Assembly: GCA_964035545.1 (NCBI GenBank)
Contig: OZ037766.1
Span: 22,680,767 to 22,744,766 of the forward strand
Direction: 5' to 3'
Source: Bugula neritina
Lineage: Eukaryota; Animalia; Bryozoa
Length of the DNA: 64,000 bases
In this document: positions 27,301 to 38,104 of the stretch, in pieces
Position numbering within the stretch: the first letter of the stretch is position 1
How the letters are laid out: each line of letters starts with the position of its first letter
Notes under the pieces: model-generated
The model's database searches: none
What the model was told of the DNA's origin: nothing
The model's input: the letters and a program-made list of their open reading frames with translations, nothing else
Position numbers and translations under genes: made by a program

Positions 27301-30300
27301 GCCACAAATGCTGATCTCTGCCTCCGGCACAAAAGGTTTCATTCGATTTAACCGAAGGAACCATTTCCATGATGCGCATAATGCGAAGGAAAATTTTCAT
27401 CGAAGGAGCCGTTCGGTGTAATTTCCGGCTGCGGTTTTGCTTCGATGCAACTGTTTCCATAGGGCGAATGAGCAAATCCATTCGCATAATGCGATAATGG
27501 AAACGCAGTGAAAGGCTTGTGTGTAGCATAATTACTTATGTTGTACTTTTGATACATATTATTTTATCTTATGAGCTCTACCATGCTCTTATTTCTATCT
27601 TAAGATTGCAATCATAGCCTAATTTTTAAAGTTTACTGAAGGAAAAGGTGGTGTGTGTATATGTTACCATACTTATAAAATAGGGAGCGAGGACTTTTGT
27701 AGTGTGCTCTTGAAAAACTAGAGTGTTTATGTATGCCGCAGCGAAAGAGATATTTGATACGGATTGATTTTCGTTGTTCTAATAGATAGTATTAGGCTCT
27801 GTTGAAATCAATTGATTTACAAGCTACTTTTTTTAGTATTTTGTAATCTGATACTTTGAGTAGTTTACTGTCTTCCTAATGCTTTGCTTGAAACTATTTA
27901 GTATGATATATTGGTATAGCCAGCCAACAAGCTTGCCATTTACTCGACATTACTGCTATATTCTAATGTGCTAAGTCACCTCAGCTACCAACTGGTGATG
28001 GTTTGCTTAGCGATCAGCTTATAGTAACCCAGAATGAAGTGCTGTAAATAGATTGTGATCTTGACTTGTGTTTTAGCTGAGTTTGGTGACTATGAGGATG
28101 TGGAAGTTGACGATGGGTTCACTAAAGACATAGATTTGATGCTAAAACAGGCTGCCCCAGTAGAATACAAAGTCATTGAAGCGTGGAAAGAGCTTAGGTA
28201 TATGCACAACATCAACATAAGTAAATACTGTGAATAAAGCTGCATAATTTTTCAGCATTTGTCAATATTTTTCAGCTAAAACACTGCAGAGTGTTTTAAT
28301 GTTTGTCACCATTGCTCACTCGAATAAGATTGGTTTAAAGAGATTTTACAGGAGGCTGATGACTTTTAGTCTAGGTGCAATCTTATAGCTGAGGTGCTGA
28401 GCATTTCAGTAAATACACGGAATAAATATACATAAATAGAAAATATTAAAAGAACAAAATTATTAAAGTATTTTCCAGAAGCTGTTGGTCAAAAATATTA
28501 AATTTATACTAAACTTTACCTTGTAGCAGCAGATCAACCTATTCTTTAGGTTGACCTGCTGTTACTATCTGTTTCTTTAATAGGGTTGCAATCTTCATTT
28601 TGGTAAATTAATTTTGGTGTGTTTATGTACAAAATGTGGCAAATGCACTAAAATAAGTTTCAAGCTGGGTTTCTACAAATTTTCTCAATAGCCTACAAGT
28701 TTCTTTTTACTTTAAGCCATGCTGGAAAAATAGCATAAGAAATTCAAATTAGCAAATTGGCATCTGATGCCCTTCTTGGTGTCACCAATAAACCTTACAG
28801 GTTTATCAGATGCTGATGCTAGCTGTGTGCCCCAGCTACTCTCTGCTTATTGCAATTGTCATTAAAATGTCAATATCTTGAAGGCAAAATATTTAGAATA
28901 TTTAAAATCAATATCATTGTATAGTAATGAATAAAAACCACTCATACCAACACAAAAAGAGTCTGCCATATTTTCAGTAATGCATTAGGAAATTGTGTTT
29001 AAATGTTCATCTCAGTCACACAAAGCTTTATTCTTCTTAAACATTTTAGTGGCAGCTCAGTAATTGGTTTTATTATTATCCTCGCAGCCTTATAAAGTTG
29101 ATAGGTTCTTCAACATGGGGTTTGGAATCTTCCGCATATGTTTTAACTAATTTGATTAATACATTTTCTCATTGTAATTCATAAAAGCATGATTTTTAAA
29201 CTTCAAGTTATAGAAGCATTTAAAAGAATTGCTTAGATGTTTTCAGTCAGCTAGCACTTATTACTGTTTGAAAACGGAAAAACATGCCGTTTGATACCAT
29301 GAACAAATAAAATTAGCCAAATGTCCAAACATATATTATTATTAAAGTATCATTTAAACTTACATAAATACATTCATTAGAATACCTCTTATAACGTCCA
29401 AATTGTTCTGGTGCGTCATTTTTTAATATTTAAATTCGATAAGTCTCACTCTCTAGTGATGTCAAAAAATACCAATTAACAAAATTTATTTTTGAATCAG
29501 GTAAATTTCTATTTCAAATTTTAATTTTAAGCCTGGCAATTAAAGTTTGGCTGAATTTTTCAGTAGAATTGAAATTTAAACATTTTCCTTTTCAAGTATA
29601 ATAATTGTAAGTTAAATGTAGATAAATGTGATAATATTATAGCAGCTATATATGTCACAGCTGGAAATTTAAGTTATTTTTGCAGTACTTTGATAGAGTT
29701 TTCTATATTCAGGAATATTTTTCACACAATATTTTATCAAGTTGGATTAGTATTAGCTAACTCCACCTGTTATAGCCTGCTTTCTTGGCCTGAGTACAGT
29801 GCAATTCTCTAGTGTGTACAAGTCAATTGACGATTGATTACTCTCAGTGTATCCATTATATTTATATTATGTAAATCAAGTCCTGTGCTAATACCACTTT
29901 TCATACAGTACTATGTTTTGTCTGGTGTTCTCGTGATATTGTATACATTACTTCTTTCCAACAACACTCATGCTGGTAGAGAATAAAAGCTAGTGGTAGT
30001 TTGGCTTCACTGTTAACCACATTGTGTTATAGATGTAGATGTAGGTATACTGTAACATCATTTGCTATTTGATTAGTGCTAGTAGTTACTTATGTTTGGC
30101 GCTTTTAGAATGATTCCATTTACAATGGTTGCATCGTGTATCTTTCAAAACGCTGAAAATTAGTGAATGATAGCTAAATCATATGTTGAACTTCACATTG
30201 TTCAGTCACAGTTTATAGTGTATTTTGTTGTATAATAGCTTTTAAAATAACGACCACAGTTGAATGCTTTTAGCAATTTTAAATTTTCAATAAATAATAA

Positions 30301-33300
30301 AATACAATTTAACCATTTTCCGTGATCAATCACTCATAGATCAAATATTTTTTTGTACAGCAACTGAAAAGGGTAGTGAGTAGTGAGAATTGTACTTAAT
30401 CATGACTAATTTAAGAGCCAGCTGCAGTTGTCTACTTTCCTAGCTGTTGCTTGACATTTAAGAACTGGATAAATATCAAAACTAAGCCATCAGTTTATTT
30501 TTACAATATAGTCTATTTTTACTACTTTGCTTGTGTTATTGTAGGATGCTTGTGTTTAGAAATTTACTGCTCCTCTACTGCATTATAGCATTATTTCCTC
30601 CCTTCTATCTATTGATAAATTTAGCTGGCAATAAGTATCCAGTATTTTCTGTCAAACTTGGAGTTGTACCCACTTTATTTTAGGCCATTGCAAACCAAGT
30701 TGTTGGTTTACTACTTTTTTACTAAATATAATCTGTAATTTGTATTAACATATTCAAATTAGCTAATCATTGATATATCAGGGCACATAATTCCGATCAA
30801 GTAATATATTAATGTTTCAATAGTATTTCCATATTCAGAGTAGTTATTATGTAGCATAAGTTTTTATTTTTATTATACAGTGGATCTACTCCAGCAGAAT
30901 GTGAGGCTAAGTTTATTGATATTGTGAAAGTTTCTGAAACTTATGGAATTGACCCTTTAGTTGTGAAGGTAAACATTACTGATGTCTATATAATGTCCAC
31001 TATTTAATAATGGATAACGCAACTTGGAGAGGCTGATATTTCAACCTCTGCTGATAGCCACAGCACCAGACTTTGATAGTCAATAGGAGATTGGGTAGTT
31101 TATTGATGCACCCCTTACTTTGGGTTTATATTTTAGTACTAAAAGCTTTCTAAATGCGGTTGGGAAAATAATTTTTTCGGAGCACTAAAGTTTTCCAGCA
31201 TTTTTATAATCTAGATCAGATAGCAGAACTAACACTAAATGAATGCATTTCATTTTAATTTTGGTAAATAAGTCATCAACTATTTGGAAGTTATTTAGTT
31301 TTTATGCAAACAGAAATGATGCTGTTACACTCTACTAGAATGTACATACAGATAATCTCACTTTTAGTATAGTATTAATATCAGTAGCTTGTGTAAGCCT
31401 CAAAATTCTGCTAGTAGTTCTGGAATTTTAAATGTTGCTTGACCATGACTGTTGACAGGAAAAGAATAAAGGAGATACTTTTCACATTGGTGCTAATCAC
31501 GCTGGTGTTTTGGTGTTCTTAGCATTTCGTAGAGTCCGACTCATAAAATGGTAAATACTTATTGATATTTTAATATGAAAGTAAAGTTGCATGTTGAAAA
31601 ATCAACAAGCCTGGCCTAACATTGCTTAGCAGTACATCATAACCTTTAACCATGGCCTTGCCAACTAATGCAAATTTTCTTCAACCTCCTACTTGCAGAT
31701 ACTATTATCTTATACTTATTTTAAAGTCATTCTTGCATTCATTATCTTTTTATGAAAACTTCTATAGTAAAGAAACGTCACGTTCTGTTTTTCTCTTCTG
31801 TTGAAACTGGGTGGCTATTTGGCTGATTCATTCATATATTGTGCTAGGACTGTTCAATAAGAGTTGAATCTAAGAGCAAGTTTTTCCATTGTGAAGTTTG
31901 CATATGAGCTAAGAATTTTGATGTTTAAAGTCTAACAATTTCAACTTCAGTATAATTTTATAACATTAATTTCTTATATTATAGGGACTCAGTAATAAAG
32001 TGTAGTTTAGATGGAAAATATGTCTCCATTACTACTAGTGCCAGCCCTGTTCAAGAGGTATGCTCCTTTTACTTTTATGATTTAAAATAATCTAATAATA
32101 GATATTTAATTTTTATTACTTGATAAAGTATAATAATAAAAACATATTTTGTCTCATATTTCATGACTTTGGAAATTAAAAAGAATCTAACAATTTTCAA
32201 AAGTTCTGTTGGTATTTCTTTTTCTAGAAACATCCACGAGAGGTACTCAAGTATAAGTGTGCAGAAGAAACAGATGCTAAACTCCTGTGGGCCAATATTC
32301 TTGACCAGCAGTCGTTCTTTACTCTCCACAGCACTGAGCAAGTGAAGAAAATAAAATCTGGAGGACTATTCAGTCGTACTAGTAGCTTTAGGTTCAGGTT
32401 TGTAGACTTTTCCGTAGTTTGTATCAGTTTAGCTGCTCTTGGACTCATGTTAGCTGGTCTGATTGTCACTCAGTCTTATTCACCAACCATTCATTTATTC
32501 AGTGTCACTCACAAATCATTCAATCACTAACTATCACTTACTAATTGCTATCAACTTCATTGCTAACCATTCAGTTTCTTAGCTCTTTTATTCAGCTTTA
32601 TTCAAATGTTCTTACAACTGCTCACTAATCACAATCAATTTTATTGCTAACCTTTAATTTTTTGTTTTTTGTTGTTTCTTCAAATTGATTCCAATATTCT
32701 TACTTTATTCTAATATGCTTACAACTACTCACTATTTGTCACTCCTAACTAGCCATTTTACTATCAGCCAACAACTGTCTTGCTACAGTGGTCGATGCTA
32801 CGACGAAGTGGTAACAACCAGTAGGAAGATCCTTCGAATGGCTCCGGATTTCGTGAGAGCTTCTTCCACCTCTCTGAATCACAGTCTCAACATCCGCACT
32901 TCTAGAAAGCGGCTTGCCAATAACAGACATTCCATTGGCGCTATTCCCCATTCTAAATGTACGTATATACTGTATAGTGTATATACATAATGATACGACG
33001 TATCTGTGGAATGTGAAAGTTTACATGTGTAATGTTACACATACTGCAGCAGCTACTTTTCTTAGTTATTTTTGCTAATTTACAACACAGCTTCATTATA
33101 ATTGTAAGTTTTTTTTAAAGTTTTATTGCTTATTTTTAGCCAGAAAATTTTAGTTGAAATACTTTCTGTTTCAATTTGTAAGAATTGTAAGTCATCTCTG
33201 CAGTTCACATTGAATAGATAACTCCACAATTGGATAATTAATAACTTTTATGCAAAAGATGATGTTTATATAATTTCACAATATAATAATTGTGATTAGG

Positions 33301-34816
33301 ACTTTTGTTATTTTAAAGTGTGTCCATAATATCATTACCTCACAACTAGTGAATAAATAAATACTTTAAAAAAATGATTTTTATCTGTAAGCACTGAATA
33401 CTTTTATAGCTATGCCCTTGACCTCAGACGCCCAGGCCGGCCTATCAGATTCCGGTATAAACAACTCGGAAAGTGCATCCTCAAACCACACCCTCTCTGC
33501 TTTGGATGAGACTTTAGAACGACCCTTTAAGTTACCAGCTTTTTTGGAAATTCCTCCTCCTTCCAGTTCACTCGAAGATGCAGCAATTTCTCAGTCTTTA
33601 AAGCCTCCAGGTAAAAGTTGTACCCCAGGAAGGTATGAAAGCTTGTTTGACGTACTACAGCTACACACTTTATAGCCGCACACTACTTTATAATGTGAAC
33701 TATGTGTGTGTGCTTAGTATGGTGCATGGTATGGAATATTTGCAATACAATAGTTTCTTTAGTATACACCCATTGCCTGATGTGCACACTGTGATAATGG
33801 GGTATTTAAATTCCACTTTATTTTCTTAATCGCACAATACAGAAACCATGATATATATAATAATTATAGTATTCACTAAATGTTTACTTGAGACAACATA
33901 CGCACATTAATGTCTCCATGATGTATACACAGATGACTTCATCAGCACACTATGTGTACCAAGAAGGTTGCATACTGACTCTCAATTTGTGGTTCCAGTT
34001 GGAAGTGGAGAAGGTTCCGGAAGTTCAGGTGCAGACGAGTTTGAAGATAGTGTGGATTACGATGAGCTGACAGATTCCCTGCTTACTTCCACTTTTCTTA
34101 CCGCCACACCAGCTGTTCAAACTGAAGCATGTTTCCAAAGCAGTCAGCTCCTTGCTGTCCCACCAGACAATGGTATCTCAGACCAGTTGCAGTTATCTCC
34201 TCGTGTTCAATTGGATAACACTTCATTATCTCCCCCACCTCCTCAAGATGAAGTGGATAGTCATGATACAATACATGATAAAACTAAGAGTGATAGTCAA
34301 ACTGATCCCAAGACAAAAAGTGATGATAATTTAATGAAAACTAATGGGAGAATGCCACATGGCGCCATCCCCAATGAGGAGCAAGCAAGTGGGTTGGTTC
34401 CTGGTGCTCTTGAAGACCTTTGTCTCCCAGGGTACATTGTAGGGACTACTGTACCTCCTCTGGTAGACTGTGAACCTGACATTACATATGACCCCCTTAG
34501 TGAGTCAACCAAAGGGGAACTCAGGCTGTATCTTGACCAACTAGAAGAGACGGAATCAGAGCTCGGATCTTCAGTGTCGGGTCGTTCTGGTCGGCTCACT
34601 CCCATCTCTACACCAAGATCTCTCATTCATTTTTTCACAATGTTCTGTTTAATAACCTTTGGTGTTATTTTACTTCTCGCTTATATCCTGTTTGAGTCCA
34701 GCTGGCTTAGCAACCAGTTGGAGGGTTTAAAACACTCAGAATCCGTGTTGCTTGCAAAGGAAGTGTATTATACTCCAATTAGAACTAAGCTTCTTTCACT
34801 ACTTGGTTATGCTTAA
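21340..34816 (+). CDS. FRMD5: FERM domain protein, FRMD5/FRMD3-like, with C-terminal transmembrane segment (~13 exons)
   Basis: Exons: 21340-21441 (YTCKVRLF), 23663-23767 (GQWLLDYVCSELNLVEKYYFGLRY), 24651-24693 (KWLDLKKP), 25483-25561 (YFRVRYYP), 26028-26125 (YQIYMQLRRDVFHGRL), 28078-28198 (EFGDY), 30881-30968 (ETYGIDP), 31460-31550, 31985-32057, 32228-32397 (GLFSRTSSFRFS), 32789-32957 (GRC), ~33410-33632 and ~33932-34816 (hydrophobic FFTMFCLITFGVILLLAYILF). Confidence 0.88.
26762..27510. mobile_element. Non-autonomous DNA transposon (MITE, Harbinger-like TIR) in a FERM intron
   Basis: Perfect 14-bp TIR CACTGCGTTTCCAT (26762-26775) / ATGGAAACGCAGTG (27497-27510), GC-richer subterminal repeats and an AT-rich core. 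The TSD is not clean. Confidence 0.7.
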
Positions 34817-36783
34817 AGAATTCAATTCTTGGTATATAGCATGAGCAATATTCTATCTCATTCCTGTTTTACAAGATAACAAAGTTTATTTAATCAAAAT
34901 ACGTTTATGTCGTTACCCAGTGATTTGACGTCAAGGTTTTAGTCAGCATTCTTGGTGACTGATAAGCAATTTCTATTCCAATAGTCTTTTCAATGTTGAG
35001 CCGATAAGGTTTTTTATTGGCCCAGTTGTACTCAGTTATTTGATCATTAATCTAGTGAAGGTTCTTGTGTTCAAGCTACGACCTTTTTATATGTCCTGAA
35101 TTTGATTGTCCTAGTCCTTTGACGCTGGTGTTTCACTCCTGTTTCACTGTCTCACTATACTCTGCTTCAACTTTCGATGGCTGTTTTGTGTTTTAAGCAG
35201 GGTTCAATGTGAAATATTTGAATGTCTGCATTCTGCTGAGCAATATTTTCAGATGTCTTTTACTATTTGTATCAGTTTTCACCTTACATATATATAGCAT
35301 AGCATGCCTTTGTTCTGTCAAAATATAGTTTTTATATATATTTTATATTTATTCATGTTTTATGTGTTTTCTTGTCATCAGTTCATTTACTCTCTCACGA
35401 TCTAGATATGATATTTTTATTTATGACTTGTCATTTTATTAGAATTTCATCAATACATAGATGTACATGTAGTTTTACCTAAGCTTGTTGTTTTGAAATA
35501 TTTCCTATAAGTTATATAGTTAAATTATGTACATGTACAACTGCTATAAAACCTTATTCTTGATCTCTGAAATAATCTCAATAAGTGCTCAATTAAAACT
35601 TTTGCAAATTCTTATTAGGCAACTTGGAAAAAAATTATACTCAAGATCAGAATGATTTTCAAAACTTCCCAAACATTACTGTTGGAGTAACAGGTGGGCA
35701 TAGCAAAAACTAGGGAAAGGATTGCAAGAGCATGATAAATAAAAACATTATATTCCACATAGATGAATTATAATACGAAGAACATATATAGTTATATTAA
35801 TACCTATGTAATTATAGCATATTTTTATTACTATTATAACAATCTAGTATGACTGTACATTGCTGTTTATAGTTATATTTTATTTAACCCACTGCTAAAT
35901 TCATATCCGGCAGTGTTTCTAATCTTAGAGTTGTGCTCTTTTTAAGAGTTTTCGATTGATAATGGCCCCACTTGGTAACGGCCAAAATGTTTACTGGTTG
36001 CTATTATAGCGCCGCCTACGAATTCATCAACATGAACACCCACGTTTGTTGAGCAACCCTATGTCGATTTGAATACTGACGGTGAGTTGCACGGTGTACT
36101 GTGTTGCAAATAAGCACCACTGAGGTAGTTGCAAAACGCTCTGTAAATGTACTGTATAAAATCACATATACCGTAGCTAAAAACTGCAAGTTTAAGTTTA
36201 TATTAAAGATAACTCATTACGGTTATGACTGTAACTTAAAGTTACTAATGGTGATGCTAATACTAATACTAATAGTAATAGTAATGGTAATCAATATTGA
36301 ATTTAATATTTTATTTAATATTTGTTGAATAATTGTATTGAGATCTATAAACATTTGTTTAAAACAGCAACTATTTCAAGTCTAGTTATGTATATTGAAG
36401 TTGGCACACTCAATGATTATTTCGAAGTGCTTTCCGTTTAAAATGTCCATCTAAAACATTTGGTTTCATTCAAGTTCTAAGTCTTGAAGTAGACTTATAG
36501 TTGCACAGTATACTGAATTTAATTGTCATAATGATAGTCATACAAATTGCTTTTGTAACTATTATGATTATTGTGAATTAAGATTATGATTTGAATAAGA
36601 ATTTTAACCCAGTTACTGATTAGCGCTAGTACAAGTAACACTGTAAGTATACAGTTAATTATACTTAATGCCATTAAAACTAGTATTAACGAATGATTAC
36701 TAATGTGTTACTAATTTTGATTACTTTTATTCTAAAAGAATACGTTTAGAATTAATTTCAAAAGTTATAATAAAGAAAAATAT

Positions 36784-37132
36784 TGTGATAGATTATGCCT
36801 TGGTTTGTTCTTTTGTTCAATAATGTTAATTGGGGTCCGAAATTCGGAGTTCCGAGTTTCGGCTTGACCGAAGATCGGTTCCCCCGATCTTCGGGCCTGC
36901 CGAATTTCGGAGCTACCGAACTTCGGGCCACACACACAAAAGATTCTTTGTTTTATGTTCTTTTGTTCGCTGTATATAAAAGCAGGCGAGTTACGGTGTT
37001 AAGCCAGTCTACTACTGGAGCTCGCCTAGACAAGTTGACATTATTTTTATACTATAATAAACATTTGGAACTCTACTACTTCAACCTATCTTGTTCTGCA
37101 CTAAGTTACATTCAACCCACAAGTTTATCACA
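36784..37132 (+). repeat. 5' LTR of element B
   Basis: Direct repeat of 44227-44575; TATATAAAA at 36973-36981 and AATAAA at 37056-37061. Confidence 0.96.
36837..36926. promoter_or_regulatory. Array of six CCGA-N3-TCGG palindromes in U3 of LTR B (also at 44280-44369)
   Basis: Copies start at 36837, 36852, 36868, 36884, 36900 and 36916. The array itself is directly visible; a regulatory role is inferred from its position upstream of the TATA box. Confidence 0.75.
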
Positions 37133-37133
37133 T

Positions 37134-37151
37134 TGGTGGCAGCGGTGGGAT
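37134..37151 (+). promoter_or_regulatory. Primer-binding site of element B (tRNA-Leu)
   Basis: TGGTGGCAGCGGTGGGAT, identical to the PBS of element A. Confidence 0.92.
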
Positions 37152-37178
37152 TCTGAATACTAGTGTAAGAAGAACAAG

Positions 37179-38084
37179 ATGGCTCCAGGGGATGAGGAGG
37201 CAACCCCTGGAGCAGCCGCGACACCAACCCTCACTGTGGAGGCTTTGGTGACAGCCCTCCGAAAGTTGCAGGGGACAGGGCAGGCGCCACCTGGTGACAG
37301 GTACCGCCTCAGTCCCCCAACTTTTGGAGGTGATGGGGATGTGGAGCAATTCATCCGGGAGTTCCAGGACGTGGCCACCATCGCTGAATGGCCAGTGCCG
37401 GTGCGCGTCCTCCAACTCCGGGCCTGTTTGACAGGCCGGGCCAAGAGTTTCGCTCTGGGGCCCGATGAAGCACACATCTTACGTGCCCTAAGGGCCAGGT
37501 TTGGCATGACGTCAGAGGAGGCGTCTGACCGCCTACAGGCCCTGAGAAGGGACAGGAGGACATCATTGGAGGACCACGCCAACGTGGTGGAACGCTTGGC
37601 CCAGGCTGCTTTCAGCCAGGCTACCGGAACGGAAAGACAGCGCCTGGTGTACAACGCGTTTTTCCGGAGTATAAATCATCCTGACCTCCAACGCTATTGG
37701 ATGGCTGGCAAGGTGGGCAGCCTGGACGAAGCTCTGGAAACGGGTAAAGCCTATTTCCAGGTAGAAGAGCTTCAAGGACCAAGATTCGCCGCCCGCCAGG
37801 TGGTCGATGAGGAGACCGCCCTGCCTGCTAAACCCCAAGTAGCGGCCGCAGCAACTAAATCACTCGAGCAGACGCAGCTCACCATGTTAATGGACATGAT
37901 GAAAGGCCTGCAGGCTACAGTGACGAAGTTGCAGAGCGAACAGGCGGATAGGCGGGCTCCCCGTTCACGGGACAACCCTGTCCGCCCATCTCTACTAACC
38001 TGTTGGGGGTGCGGGGTGCAAGGGCATGTGAGGAGGCACTGCCCTAGAGGCCAAGGGCCTTTAAACACCCAAGGCTCACGGTAA
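37179..38084 (+). CDS. gag: Gag of element B (301 aa) with CCHC zinc knuckle
   Basis: CWGCGVQGHVRRHC (CX2CX4HX4C) near the C-terminus. Confidence 0.93.
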   Translation: MAPGDEEATPGAAATPTLTVEALVTALRKLQGTGQAPPGDRYRLSPPTFGGDGDVEQFIREFQDVATIAEWPVPVRVLQLRACLTGRAKSFALGPDEAHILRALRARFGMTSEEASDRLQALRRDRRTSLEDHANVVERLAQAAFSQATGTERQRLVYNAFFRSINHPDLQRYWMAGKVGSLDEALETGKAYFQVEELQGPRFAARQVVDEETALPAKPQVAAAATKSLEQTQLTMLMDMMKGLQATVTKLQSEQADRRAPRSRDNPVRPSLLTCWGCGVQGHVRRHCPRGQGPLNTQGSR

Positions 38085-38104
38085 CTTCCGCCAACCGTGG
38101 GCCT
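38060..38104 (+). promoter_or_regulatory. -1 ribosomal frameshift signal of element B (T TTA AAC plus 11-bp stem)
   Basis: Heptamer at 38060-38066 in the gag frame, 5-nt spacer, stem 38072-38082/38094-38104 with one G-U pair. The -1 frame is open into pol. Confidence 0.87.

Noticed and set aside
23920-29400. Possible Tc1/mariner or Tigger-like end remnants (~23920, ~24920, ~29385)
   Set aside because: Matches are too short to define paired TIRs or TSDs.
36032-36081. Coding first exon for ZNF474
   Set aside because: Both ATGs hit stops within a few codons; at most a 5'UTR exon with uORFs.
36837-36926. CRISPR-like appearance of regularly spaced palindromes
   Set aside because: 11-bp repeats with 4-5-bp linkers inside a eukaryotic LTR, with no cas genes.
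36795-37163. 122-124 aa ORFs in the LTRs of B and ORFs across LTR A
   Set aside because: Incidental frames over LTR sequence with no recognisable motif and no counterpart between elements.
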